Assembly (NCBI GenBank): GCA_034780895.1
Contig: JAUZTB010000107.1
Coordinates: 62,397,342 to 62,461,341 of the forward strand
Source of the DNA: Rhynchobatus australiae
Taxonomy: Eukaryota
Direction: 5' to 3'
Length of the DNA: 64,000 nt
Under the pieces are notes generated by a model, which did no database searches, was not told the DNA's origin, and saw only the letters and a list, made by a program, of their open reading frames with translations. Each line of letters starts with the position of its first letter. Positions within the stretch are counted from its first letter, which is position 1. Shown here piece by piece: positions 48,913-62,039 of this stretch. Both the position numbers and the translations under genes were made by a program.

Positions 48913-51039
48913 ATGAGCTAAGCCTAACCTATTGAGGATTAAGGGAAGAAGAAATTGTGGTAGAAAGTATAAGGGAGGAAAATAAAAAGATAAGGTGCTG
49001 TCACTTTTGTGCATGTTGGGTTTTTCCTCTCAGATTTTCATCAACTGCATTATTTTGCTTTTGGTATAGGAAGGGAACCCCTGGACAGAGGCAAGAGCCT
49101 TAAGGTTAGTAATATCCTCACTCCATCTCTTCCCCTTTCCTCCTGTAAATACTTCAAAACAACATCATGGGAGTCCCTTCACCAAACAGACCGCAGCGTT
49201 TAAAGGAGGCAGATCACGACCATATCAAGGGACAGTTAGGAATGGGCAATAACTGCTGGCTTTGACACTTACGTCTGGATGCCAAAAAGTAAATTAACAA
49301 AACTTTGCTTGTTAACCAAACTTTTAATCACTTGTACCTATCTTCTTTAGGTTGCTGTCACTTTTTATCTGCATATTCATGTGACACCCATTTAGACGTT
49401 TGCTTATGTTTAAGTGTTATATAAAACAAATGATTTTCCTGCCTGAGATGAACTAATATCAAATTTTGAGTAGGGAACATTCCTGCTCTGCTTGGTTCAC
49501 ACTTTGTTTGCAGTTTTTTGATTAAACTGCACTAGCCTTTTCACCTTTTGTATTGAACATCTTTCATTGAGTTGATTTGGTAGCTGAGATACTACTTGGT
49601 GGGCACCATTGTCTCCAGGTTTCTTCATTATGAATTCCTTTTATTAAGTTGACTGACAATTGCGAGTGTATTTCTCTGGAGCAGACAAAAGCAGCTCCAG
49701 TTGGAACAGGTTTCATACCTTTGAATATGATTCACATTGCAGCACATGAAATGTCTTTTATTCTAGCCTGAAAGGCATTAATAACATCTCTGAGATAACT
49801 ACCACCTCCTTTTTAAAAAAAAAACGACTGGAGAATTTTCTTTTACAGTCAATCCCAAGAGACATTTTTAACATCGCACCGAGGAAGCAATTGAATTAAC
49901 TGTTAATCACCAGCAGAGATGGAACTGTTTCAACTCCTTTAGTCACAGTAGCTCTTCAAAGGTTGCAGGATACAGTGTTAGGCTGTTTATCAAATAAAAC
50001 GGTACAAAGGGTCACATGAGTCTGTAACTGAGTCTGAGACTTGATTAAATACGCAGTATGTATTAACATTGTTGGGAATAGGGAAGGAGCCCCAAATGAA
50101 CCATAACTTGAAGTCCCCATGTGCAAAAGCTGTCCTGAGAATATGTGCCTGCCCCTTGTAGCTTTACATAGGTTATTTTTTTACTTCAGTCATTGCTTTC
50201 AACTTTGTCATGAACCATACACCAGCCATTTGGGACAGTATTGCAGAATACTTTGTTGTCTCACTGTGTTTTCAGCCTCCTCATATGGTTATCTCATGCT
50301 GCATCTGAAATTCAAGGCCTTTTAGGCCTTGTTCTTCCCCCATATCCAGTGCTTCTGCCACAGCTCCCTCTCTTTGAAAACAATCTGCCCATTAAACCTT
50401 GAGTGTTAATCAGTTCATGGCACTCTGGACCAATTTCACCATGAAAGGACCCTGGTGCAGGAGACACCAGTTGGAAAGAGATAACCAGGAATCAGAGATC
50501 GTCACTGGCACCAACACAGCCACTAGGCTTTTTAAAGACGACTAGGCTTACCTGTTCTCTCTGATTCTAATCTTGATGAAGGATCCCATCTAGCTCTATC
50601 ATTATGCTGACATTAAGGGCATAACTCTCTTAAACTCTTGCTGACGGATGGCCACATCCCATAAAGAAAAGTCAAAGAAAATCCCTCACTACTTTAAGTT
50701 ACATTACCTGCTCTTCGGCCTCCAGTGGGTCCCTGATCCTCCCTCCTCAAAGCATCTACCTCCAAACAAATCCCTATTGAATTACCTCGTTAACCTTTCT
50801 TACTTCTTGTCTGCCTTAATCCCAAGATCAGCTCCTTTGCCCTTCCAATTAATATGGTGCTATCCTTACTCCAGTACTCCCTATGGTTGAAGAAGAGCTG
50901 GCTGTGAATGGCGAAATTATCCCTCGCTGCATAAGTTCTGGCCTAACCCACAACCAACAGTGTTTTCTAAATTAAACTCCTTTAATGTGTCACTCCCTTG
51001 GCTGTGACAATAATGAGCTGTCTGGCATCTTGTTCTTTG

Positions 51040-51380
51040 CATGGTGGGGCAGCAGGTAGTGCTGCTGCTTCACAGTAGTGTAGACCTGGGTTTGATCCAG
51101 ACATCAGGCTCTACCTGTGTGGAGTTTGATGTTCTTTCCATGACTGCACAGGTTTCATCTGGGTACTCTGATTTGCCCTGATGTCCCAAAGGATGTGTTT
51201 GTAGGTTAAATAACTACTGTAAATCACTTTTTACTGTAGGTTAATGGCAAAATAATGAAAGGGACATTAATGGATATATGTGAGAGGGAGTAGGTTATAG
51301 GAAAACAGAGGTGGGGTTGGATTAGTTGGACTTTCACCTTGGGAGATGGCATGGATCCAATGGGCTGACTGGCCTCCTGT
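51040..51380 (+). mobile_element. HE1/V-SINE-like SINE
   Basis: GGTAGTGCTGCTGCTTCACAG...GACCTGGGTTTGATCC...TGTGTGGAGTTTG head and GGGCTGACTGGCCTCCTGTG tail. Confidence 0.75.
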
Positions 51381-52172
51381 GTTGTTCCAAGTAAAAGACG
51401 CAAGTTACCATCATGTGATCTTTCACCATGACGGTTGCAAAGGCCATTTAGGTTTATTTCAATTCATCAGGTCTGTCTTTCAGGAACATTCTATAGTTGT
51501 TTCTATTAGCCCCATGATACTGCCCTCCTTCTCAGAGTATTTCCTCTTTGTATGGTTGACCTCTGTTTATTGTTCGGTCTTATTCACGCTTATGCCAATT
51601 GTTTCCTTTACATTCATCAATTTCTTCAGGCGACCATCTCCATCCAAAACCCCTCCATTCGATTACTCTAATATGATTACTCTAATCTTCTGTGAATCTC
51701 CAGCATATAATTCAATACACTGAACATTTTCTTCCCAGTAAATTTGTCTTTGCATGTTTCCCCAATTATCTGCAATTCCATCTCCTCTGTTCTTAGTCCT
51801 TCAATTATTGACACATAATATCTGCTGATTTGAAAACGTAATTCCATCATCAAAAATCAAGAAAACCCTGGATGCTGGAACTCTGAAATAAAAAGGCAAC
51901 TTGAGGAAATATTTAGCAGGTCAGTTAGTCTCTGTGGAAGGAGGGACAGAGAGAAATTTTCAGGTCAATGCCACGTGTTCCCATTATTCCTGTTTCTGTT
52001 TGTAATTCCAACATCCTCTTCGTGGCTAAATTTGCCTTCAGCAGAAGCTCAAAGGAACTAATATATTTTTGTCTTAAATTTGTCCCAAATGTTCGGCCAT
52101 CCTCGTACACGACGAACCAAAGGACTCTACCTCCCCTCCCCCAACTATTCATATGGTAGAATGCATAGAAAT

Positions 52173-52487
52173 ACAAAGCAGTAATAACTCTCAATTGAAA
52201 TCAGTTAACTGGCAATAGTTGGTGCTACAATATTAATATATGATGGGCTAATTGATTTTTTAATGATTTTAGCTGAGAAATATTTTTGTCGTCACAATAT
52301 AATTAACTTTCAATATAAATACTTAACATTTCTATATGAACTGCATAGGCATTGTAGAACTATGCTTCTGAGATGATTTATGTCCCTTACTATCTGTGGT
52401 TTAAATAAATTAACGTCTGCTGATACATAACATGGTAATAAGTAATTTATTTCATAGACTTCTGCTGGGAAAATAAATTGCCATAGA
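52173..52487. repeat. Copy A of a ~315-bp high-identity local duplication
   Basis: Aligns to 53505-53826 with roughly 90% identity by eye. The two copies give near-identical minus-strand ORFs 52310..52498 and 53648..53875. Confidence 0.92.
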
Positions 52488-52797
52488 CCTGGGTTCAATC
52501 CTAACCTCAGGTGCTATCTGTGCGGAGTTTGGATGTCCTCCTTGTCACCTCAGGTTTTCTCCAGGTAATCCAGTTTCCTTCTCCTTCCCAAAAACATGTG
52601 GGTGGGTAGGTTAAACAGCTGCTGTGAATTGCCCCTAATGTGTAGGTGAGAAGGAGAATCTGGGGGACGTTGATGGGACTGTTGGGAGAATAAAAAATGG
52701 GTTAAGTGTACAATTAGAGTAAATGGATGATTGATAGTCGGCACGGACCAGGTGGGCTGAAGGGTCTGTTTCAGTGCTGTATGACACTATGATTCTG
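52485..52797 (+). mobile_element. HE1/V-SINE-like SINE lacking its 5' A-box
   Basis: Begins at AGACCTGGGTTCAATCC (B-box) and continues through the core to the tail GGGCTGAAGGGTCTGTTTCAGTGCTGTATGACACTATGATTCT. Confidence 0.85.
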
Positions 52798-53504
52798 CGG
52801 CTCTTCAAAGCTTGCCTCCGACATTTGATCCCTTTCACTAACTGCGTATCTGATAGGGTTGTCCCTTGTAACCAAGTGCCACTTTAGGTTGTTCACGTTA
52901 TTTGGGAGGTTTATATTGGGTGCAAGAGAAAAGTTATTTAGGTGAATGGAGCACTGTTGATGTCCTATTCCTGTTTTAAAAGAAAAATCAAGGGGAAAAC
53001 ATTCAGTAAGCCGGTCAGCATAACTTTAATAAACAACAATCTGTGACAAAGTTAATTGGTGCTTGAATGTATAGATTAATGAATTAAGGCTAAGTTTGTT
53101 AAAGGCAGAATGTATTTGGAAAATGATCAAGAGCTTTGAAGTAATAGAAAGGGTTGATGTGTATATTGATTTTCAAATAGGAGTTGCAAAATTACCACAT
53201 AAAAGACTCAAAAAAGAGACACTTTCCACAACGTCAAAACTCTATTTCCATACCTACTGCAGTATTTCATTTCTATTGGATTCAGCTGTTCAAAATCTTA
53301 GCCTGGAAGTACCTCATAACTGGTTGTTCAAACCGCTTTTCTTCCTCACTGCTCTTTTTGACCTTGCTATTATCTGATATCCCTTCATTGAAACTTGCCA
53401 AAATCAACAAAGCCATATTTACTGCCTCACCTTTCAATTACTTATTCTAAAATGGCAAATAAATTTATGGCTGTTTACTTGTATATGAAGCATCAAGCAT
53501 CAAG

Positions 53505-53826
53505 ACAAAGCAATAATATCCCTCAGTTGAAATCGGTTAACTGGCAATAGTTGGTGCTACAAAATTAATGTATGATTGGTTAATTATTTGACTTTTTTAA
53601 ATGATTTTAGCTGAGAAATATTTTTGTCACCACAATATAATTAACTTTCAATATAAATACTTAAAATTTCTATATGAACTGCATAGGCATTGTAGAACTA
53701 TGCTTCTGAGATGATTTATGTCCCTTACCATCTGCGGTTTAAATAAATTAATGTCTGCTGATACATAACATGGTAATGAGTAATTTATTTCATAGACTTC
53801 TGCTGGGAAATATAAATTGCCATAGA
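53505..53826. repeat. Copy B of the ~315-bp local duplication
   Basis: Direct repeat of 52173-52487. Confidence 0.92.
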
Positions 53827-56800
53827 AAAGATGTTCACAGTTTGAATTTATTGGCCATCTTTCATATCTAGACACATCTGAGAATTTTGAGTATGACGCA
53901 AACTAAATCAGCATTATGGGAAACAAGCTGCTTCGGGTGAGGGCAAGGATATTGTATAAAACTTGCTTAGTCAAGCAGTATTCAGGCTTTGCAGTTTTAT
54001 ATTAAACCCCTTTAGGCAGCTGACTAGGTTTTGCTGAGTTTGTCAGGTACGTAACTGAGGCATACAAACTCAAAATGTTACACGGTTTAAATCCTGGTTT
54101 GTCCTTAATTTATTAATCTTGGCCACAGCTGTGCCCTGTTGATGATGTGCTATATTTAGATTCAGCAGGAAAGGACCACAAGTCAGAGTTCCTGCTCTTG
54201 ATTTATGCCATATAGCCCCTGCTGGAAGGTGTTTGGACAGACAGAGGGTAAGGACTATCTCAAATTTTAGTGTCCAAACTTAATCACGTTGCTCAGTAAT
54301 TGTCATTACTACAGCTCATGATAAATGATGGGAGAGATGGTGAAGGCTACCAGGTATTAGTAGAAGTGGAATCAGCAAGCAACCTGTTCCTTTGGGAGTG
54401 TGGAACAAGCTGTCAACACAATTCAGTAATAATGAGTAGAACTGCTAGCATTGCCATTAATAAAAATACTGTGAATTTAAAAATTCATTTGATTAAAATG
54501 CACATTTTTATCACACCTGCAACACACTTTATAGAACTTGCTGCTGTGAGGTGCTGCTTAGGGAGAAGTTTCCTTACTTTCCAATATGTTTACTTTTAGA
54601 TAAGTCAATGAGGCCCAAAATACTTTTGGGAGCCTGACCTTTATAACAAAAATCATATAGATATAATTTTATAGTCCCATAAAAAAAGCATTTTTAAAAT
54701 GGTGCAGTGAGGTGGGGTTGTGGGGTATGCAGTAGAGGACAGGGGTGGCTGTATGCATCAATTTATCCCAGTGCCTTAAGACTTCATTTTGTGCATGTAG
54801 CTCATGTAGAGATTAAATGTTTAGGAGATGCCAATTGTGTATTTTACCCTTCAAGCACTTATTAAATGTACATGGGTTTCTGCCTTTACCACCTTTTCTA
54901 TCANNNNNNNNNNNNNNNNNNNNNNNNNNNNNNNNNNNNNNNNNNNNNNNNNNNNNNNNNNNNNNNNNNNNNNNNNNNNNNNNNNNNNNNNNNNNNNNNN
55001 NNNNNNNNNNNNNNNNNNNNNNNNNNNNNNNNNNNNNNNNNNNNNNNNNNNNNNNNNNNNNNNNNNNNNNNNNNNNNNNNNNNNNNNNNNNNNNNNNNNN
55101 NNNNNNNNNNNNNNNNNNNNNNNNNNNNNNNNNNNNNNNNNNNNNNNNNNNNNNNNNNNNNNNNNNNNNNNNNNNNNNNNNNNNNNNNNNNNNNNNNNNN
55201 NNNNNNNNNNNNNNNNNNNNNNNNNNNNNNNNNNNNNNNNNNNNNNNNNNNNNNNNNNNNNNNNNNNNNNNNNNNNNNNNNNNNNNNNNNNNNNNNNNNN
55301 NNNNNNNNNNNNNNNNNNNNNNNNNCCCCTCATTCTGCACCCTCTATTAGCTTAACTGAGCTCCTTCCATCTGGCCCCTCCCCTTACATGATGATATTTT
55401 TGTGCCTTATTCATTTCAGAGAACCAAGAAATGTCACCTGCCCAGGTTGCACCAGCCGAGCAGTCAAAATAGAAAAGAAGACACAGGGTCAATTCATCTG
55501 GTGCTAACATTTATCAGTCTAGGTCCCGGCACGACCTGGGCAATAGCTTGAGTGATGGGAACTGCATGTGATAAGTCACATGGGCAAGAGTGGTCTGCAC
55601 CTGGGCCAGAGGAGGAGGGTAATTTGTGTGCCAGCTTCCTGTGGTCAAGCTTGTGTGCCAATTCTATTCTGGAGAACTCATGAGGACCGCAATGGCTTTC
55701 AGGAGTACTGCATACCAGTTGAGAATAACCTATGTTAACTCACATCATGCTGTATCTTTTAGAAGGGAACCCGACCATTGCTACAAATTGTTGTGCAGCT
55801 ATTGTCTTAGTGGGGCAGTGTCTGTGGTTCCATGAGTTGAGAATCAGGAGCCCAGTCTCAGCTTGGCAGTATTCATGTACCCACGGCCATCTGCAACTTC
55901 TTCCATGTCAAGAGAGAGCAGCCATCTACCAGCTGAGCTATAGCCACAGAGGTTGCATGGTAAAGATGTGGTAGGGCAGTTAGACACATAGGGGAGAAAG
56001 GCACAGTGAATGTACAAAGGTGATTATGGTCTAGATTGGATGTATAGAAATTATGGCTGTCAACAGATTAAAAAAAAAATCACCACTTAACTGTGGACTT
56101 AAATTCATTAAGCACACCACAGAATACAGCCATAACATTTGCTCCATTGATGGTGTTTTGGACTGGCGAACATCAAAGGGAAGGAGTTACATCCTCACAT
56201 TGCTATCATTTAGGTCAAGGCTAAAGGGAGACTTGGGGATATGTTTCATTAAAACTGCTATATTCTAAACAACTGATTCAAGAGAGTTCACACATCTGCT
56301 GTTTTGAAACGTGTAATGTACGTTGTGTGGAGTCTGCGAAATACAAATTGGATGCCTGCTGAGACAAAGTGGGGTCCTTGGGTTACCTCGTCATTGTCTC
56401 TGGAATCCTCTTGTGCATGGCTGGAATTGCAATAGCGTGGCCCAAAACTGCTGAACCCAAGGAGCACCATGTAGTCATGTTTTGATTTCAAGCTCCACTC
56501 TAAGTGACAGGAGCTCCTTGAACACTTCCTGCTGTTTCTGTCTAGATCAACTTTGGAAGCAGTCCTGTTTCCCAGGGATTTAATGGGAGGATTATTTGCA
56601 TGAACCTCACTTTGGGCCCGTAAATAAAACAAACGTGCTGGCTGTTGTAGGAGGGGAAATGGCAGTGACAACTGGTTGGCAGTTCAGGAGGTTCTGGCTA
56701 TATTCCCATGGCACACCACTGCTGCCTTTAATCCCTTGGTTCACCACCATTGCCTTGCATAACCCATTGGGATCGTAGCTCACCATGTGCAAAAGGAAGA

Positions 56801-57644
56801 ACACTTTTGTATGCAGGTTTCTTTAATGCATGTGAAAAACATGTTAAAAATAATGGGTTAATTTGTATTTATGTTAATTTCAAACAGTAATAACAATTAA
56901 TGAATGAAAATGTTGGGCATATTTATTTGCTTGCAGCTGGCTTTCATAATTTGTGCAGTAGGGAACATTTGATGATCAATAACAGATACTACCATGAGAA
57001 CGGTGTCACTAAAGGATTTAAGTTTCTCTTATTTCTTCTCACTCACGGGGAATGGGCATCAGTGGGAAGTCCTCATTTAAAGCTCATCCATAGTTGCCAT
57101 TGACCGTGATGTGGATTTGCCACTGTGTAATGAATTGATCTGTAAGATCGGTATGCAGGACAAGTTTTTCACTGTACCTCGGTACAAGTGACAATAATAA
57201 ACCAATGCCAATAGCTTCCAACCCAAATGTAGTGATTGTGGAAAGGGAAGTCTTACATATGTGTAACGTTTGTGCCCCCAACTTTGGAACACACAGGAAA
57301 GGGAAAATGTATTTCCAAATGAAAATGTTGGGCAGCTTCCCAGTTCAGGTGTTAAGAGTGCCAAAGCGATAGCTGCCTTCGTCTTTCTTGGTGGTCCAGG
57401 TCGAGGTTTCTCCTTGGCATGGGAAGAAAGCTTTGAGTTACTTATAACTATCGGGAATATGGCGCATGCTGTTAGTATTTAGTTAAAATGCAGTGAAAGC
57501 TCTGGCTGGTCAGCAAAGATGACTATACAGGGAGGTAAAGCAGCCTTCATTGCCTTTGGAGCTGCACTCAGAGGCAATTGGCAAGCAAGCTTCATTAACT
57601 TTAGAGTCGTTCTTCATTGCTTCAGGGTTACCAGCTGCTTCCTG

Positions 57645-58087
57645 GAGTCAGACAACATGGAATCAGGCCCTTTGTCCCACCGAGTCCATGTTGAACATCA
57701 AGGTCCTGATGAAGGGTCTCGGCCCGAAACGTCGACTGTTTATTTCCCTCCATGGATGCTGCCTGACCTGCTGAGTTCCTCCAGCACCTTTTGCCTATTG
57801 TTCCAGATTCCAGCATCTGCAGAATTTCTTGCATCTCCACCTTCGACACTAATGCCATTTATTCTCCCCACAATCTTATCAACTCCCCCCAGATTCTACT
57901 TCTCACCTACACACAAGGGGCAATTTACAGTGGCCAATTAACCTACCAACCTGCATGCCTTTGGAATATGGGAGGTAGCAGGACCACATGAGAGAAACCC
58001 ATGTGGTCATAGAGAGAATGTGCAAACTCCACAGACAACACCCAAGGTCAGGATTGAACCAGGGTAACTCTGAGGCAGCTGTGCCAC
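57645..58087 (-). mobile_element. HE1/V-SINE-like SINE interrupted by a solo Penelope pseudo-LTR (~57701-57836, + strand)
   Basis: SINE tail CAGGCCCTTTGTCCCACCGAGTCCATG lies before 57700. The SINE resumes at CCACCTTCGACACTAAT (~57837) and runs to the head TGTGCAAACTCCACAGACA...GGTCAGGATTGAACC. Confidence 0.85.
57702..57737 (+). ncRNA. Minimal type-I hammerhead ribozyme motif in a Penelope pseudo-LTR
   Basis: GGUC-CUGAUGA-A-GGGU-CUCG-GCCC-GAAAC-GUC-GACU: intact core, stem II with a tetraloop, palindromic ACGU stem III, GUC cleavage site at 57733 and stem I GGUC/GACU. Confidence 0.8.
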
Positions 58088-58454
58088 ATTCCTGCCCTTT
58101 CTCCTTCTCCTCCTCCTCCTGCTATGCCCTCATTGTTGCTAATTTGTGCAGGGTCCAGCAGTCCAGGCAGTAGAATCACATTTTAGGAATGATCTGCAGA
58201 TCCCACAGCTTCTTGGCTTTGCTTGCACTTGAGCTCTCTAGCACAGCCGAGGGCTTGGGAAAGTTACAGAGGAGAAAGGCTTTCTGCATGTTATACTTTC
58301 AATAGGTCTTCACAGCCTTGGACAAGTTACCAAATTAATTTGCTGGAATGGTAACAGGGATACAGAACAAATGTGGAGAGACTGGGATTATGGGATCCGG
58401 CAGTAGCCAGAACATCTTTTGTAATAGTTTATATTCCTATAGCTATACTGTTTT

Positions 58455-58960
58455 GTCTGGTGTCCCTCAAGGTATTATCTATGGTCCCTCCCATTTCTCA
58501 TCTACTTGCTGCCCCTTGACAACAGCATTCAAACTCATAGTGTCAGATTCACATGATGCTGAGATAAACTCTTGGCATTAAGTCCATTTCAACACGAAGA
58601 CCACTGCATTTTGTACCTTTAACATTGGCCCCTGCTTCCGATCAGCTTCTGCTGATACTCTCACCTGTGTCTTTGTTCCACCTCAACTTGATTATTCCAG
58701 TGCTGCCCAATTGATGTCTCCTATCTCACAATCTATTAACTTGAAGCCATTCACATCCCCCTGCTTGAGTCCCAACTCCAACCAAGTCACGTTGACCCAT
58801 CAGCACTCAAGCTTGCTGACCTATGAATGACACAAGCTGGTTAAAATTCCCATCCTTGGTCTCAAATTTCCCACCATGGTCTCTCCCCCACCAACCTCTG
58901 TGATTCTTGCATCCTAGAACCCTGTTAAACACCACCACTTTTCTAATTCTGGTCTTTTAA
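58455..58960 (+). mobile_element. L2-clade LINE RT remnant
   Basis: SGVPQGIIYGP...FLIYLLPL motif and CTTGATTATTCCAG (LDYS, for LDYCN). Confidence 0.6.
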
Positions 58961-59566
58961 ACATACTCAAATATTTTAGCTCCGCTGAGCAACTGAGGGT
59001 TAGACAGATCCTCCCCAAGTTACAAACACCCAACTTATGGACACTGAAAATAAGCATTTGGGAGACCGGTGGGATAGACGTGGATGGATTTGCCGGCTTG
59101 GAGGCACCTTCTGTTAGGTGGGAATGGGGCATTTCAGCATGCCTTCTCTTTCCACCCCTCGCACCTCCCCTGAGCTGCAGCACTCGGGGGCTGGCTCAAG
59201 CCGAGTGGAGCCGGGAGCACCGAGCAGACTCACTCATTGAGTCAGAGAGGCTGGCCAATTATTTGAAATGGGTTTGTGGGCAGACAAAATCCACTGGTGT
59301 TTCTGAACATTTTCAGCAACATAAAAACTCTTTAGTCAGCACTTTATTAATGAAATGGAGGTATGAAATTGGAGTTCAAAAGGCTTTGATCCATTTAATA
59401 TTTGAACTTTGATCAAGTGATAAAGTAGTTTTTGAACAATTCTACCCTTTAATAAATGTTCATTTCTTAACTCCTTTGGTGGTAAATGGTGACCAAAAAT
59501 TGAAGCGTTAAGCAAAAATGAAGCCTAGTGAAGATCAGGGGAAAAACATTCCACTGACTGAATTAT

Positions 59567-60218
59567 AAGTCAAAGTCAAAGTCAAATTTATTGTCATATG
59601 CACAAGTACATGTATGCACAGGTGCAATGAAAAACTTACTTGCAGCAGCATCACAGGCACANNNNNNNNNNNNNNNNNNNNNNNNNNNNNNNNNNNNNNN
59701 NNNNNNNNNNNNNNNNNNNNNNNNNNNNNNNNNNNNNNNNNNNNNNNNNNNNNNNNNNNNNGTCATATGCACAAGTACATGTATGCACAGGTGCAATGAA
59801 AAACTTACTTGCAGCAGCATCACAGGCACATAGCATCATGTCAGCAGCATTCACAAGAAAAAAATTAATTAAACATAAATTGTACACAAGTTTTACAAGA
59901 AAGAACACAATTAGAACAAAAAGAAAATCCATTTTAGTGCAAAGTGATCAAAGTGGCTCTAGTGTTGCTAAACTGTAGTGATTAGGGTTTTGCCGGTTGG
60001 TTCAAGAACCGAATGGCTGAAGGGAAGTAGCTGTTCTTGAATCTGGTGGTTTTGGGACTTCAGGCTTCTGTACCTCCTGCCTGATGGTAGCTATGAAAAT
60101 ATGGCATGGACTAGACGGTGGGGATCTTTGATAGATGTTGCCTTCTTGAGGCAGAACCTCCTGACGATGCTGCCAATAGTAGGGAGGGATGAGCCTGTGA
60201 TGTATTGGGCAGAGTCTG
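59567..60218 (-). mobile_element. Rex1/Babar-type LINE 3' end
   Basis: (AAGTCA)n tail and a coding end homologous to 62965..63246. Confidence 0.85.
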
Positions 60219-60229
60219 TAAATAGCACG

Positions 60230-60545
60230 AAGGAAGATGGTTGTGACCAGTCATCACAGCCACTGGTTCATTTCTTCTGGACCAATTTGTGAAAGCCTCT
60301 TGGGCTCATTTAACTAAAGTTGCTTCATCAGTGGCCTTCATCATTAGGCCTGAAGTAGGGATATCGATTGAGGTCTGCTCTGTTCAATATTCCTTATGTA
60401 GTAAAGCTATCCTTGGCCAAATGCAACAAACTGTGGACAATATCTAGATTTAACTGATAACTGGCAGTAAAAATTGTGCTACAGAGGTACCAAGTCATGA
60501 CCAACTTCAACTGAAGAGAATTGAACTATTTACCTTTGCTGTCAG
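60230..60545 (+). mobile_element. Decayed CR1/L2-group RT fragment
   Basis: MQQTVDNI*I*LITG / DNWQ*KLC remnants resemble the MQQDLDNIQAWADKWQVTF region of LINE RTs. Confidence 0.45.
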
Positions 60546-60554
60546 ATTCCTTCA

Positions 60555-61143
60555 GAATTAGAATCAGATTTATTATCACTGACATATGACGTGAAATTTG
60601 TTGTTTTGCAGCAGCAGGACAGTGCAAAGACATAAAAATCTATAAATTACAAAAATAAATAAATAGTACAAAATAAAGGAATAATGAGGTAGAGTTCATA
60701 GGTTCATGGATCATTCAGAAATCTGATGGCGGAGGGGAAGAAGCTGTTCCTGAATCATTGAGCCTGGGTCTTCAGGCTCCTGTACCTCCTCCCTGATGGT
60801 AGTAATGAGAGGGCATGTCCTGGATGGTGAAGGTCCTTAGTGATGGATGCCACCTTCTTGAGGCGCCGCCTCATGAAGATGTCCTCAACGGTGGGCAGGG
60901 TTGTGCCCATGATGGAGCTGGCTGAGTCTACTCCCCTCTGGAGCTTCTTGTGACCCTGTGCATTGGAGGCTCCATACCAGACTGTGGTGCCACCAGTCAG
61001 AATGCTGTCCACCACACATCGATAGAAATTTTTAAGAATCTTTGGTGACATACCGAATCTCCTCAAACTCCTAATGAAGTTGAGTCACTGGCATGCCTTC
61101 TTCGTGATTGCATCAATGTGTTGGGCCCAGGATAGATCCTCTG
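60555..61143 (-). mobile_element. Rex1/Babar-type LINE ORF end (DUF1891-like) and 3' tail
   Basis: ORF 60755..61066 reads RRFGMSPKILKNFYRCVVDSILTG...HHPGHALSLLPSGRRYRSL, with an AGAATTAGAATCAGA tail. Confidence 0.9.
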
Positions 61144-62039
61144 AAATTTTTTCTTTAATTGATTCTTTAATTTTAATTTTATTTCTGTTTGTTGTTATTT
61201 CTATTTTGTGGCTGTAATATTTTCATTGATCTTTGTTGCCAAATACATTTTCTGTAGAAACTTGTCTAATTTCATGAATCCTTATTGAACTATTCCTGGC
61301 CTTTGATCTTTTGAGGACAAAGGCTCGTCGTGTATTTTTTCTCTCTTTCGAAGTACTTCCTTTGCAAGGCGTTTTCATTTTGTCACATAATAGCCACTTT
61401 TATTCAGCCGAGGATTAAGAGTAGATTAAAAAATACAAAGTGCTTCAGATGTCTCATTACCCAGTTGTTGCCAGACCAGCCTGCAGCTACACCTTCAGTC
61501 CAACTAACTGATTTTTATTTTATTATGACTCACTCACTCCTTGCAGGCATCAAATTATTCCCCACCGGCGGTTATATGCATATCAGGCAACAGCAATAAA
61601 TACACATTAGAACCAGCCATCTGTTAAGGAATGCAGCAATTCATATATTGCTGAGTGGAGCTTTTCACTGCAATTTGATCAAGTGGTATTTTATTCTTTT
61701 TTGACAGTATAATGTGGTTAAATTTTGAACTTAGCATGTTCACTTGCTCTTAGATTTTTTTTAAAATAAAAAAATTTCCCCCCAATTATCACTTTCCCTC
61801 TCCTGCTCCAGACGTTCAGTAGGCGTAGTGATAACAGGCACCAAACTCATCAGTCTTTTTGTGTGAAGCCAGTGTGAAAGTGTCAGAAAACAAAGAGGCT
61901 AAAAGTCATTCTTGTCATTCAGCATTCAAAGTCAAGAGCAGCATCCAGTGGACCTGTTGGCTGTTCTTCACTCGGGATTGAAAAGATTCTTTCAAACTAT
62001 GAAAAAAAATGAAAAAGAGGAGATCACATCTGTCACCAA

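Noticed and set aside
52310-53875. Two near-identical ORFs (FPAEVYEINY...YLY) suggesting a duplicated small gene
   Set aside because: The similarity follows from the DNA duplication. Their starts differ (one lies inside a SINE) and the peptide resembles nothing I recognise.
54813-55507. Longest ORFs in the track (160-213 aa)
   Set aside because: They consist mostly of X from an N gap. The same applies to ORFs at 21265-21595 and 30897-31305.
59593-59830. Apparent tandem repeat of ~70 bp in the Rex1 tail
   Set aside because: Exact duplicate flanking a 100-N gap, most likely an unmerged overlap.
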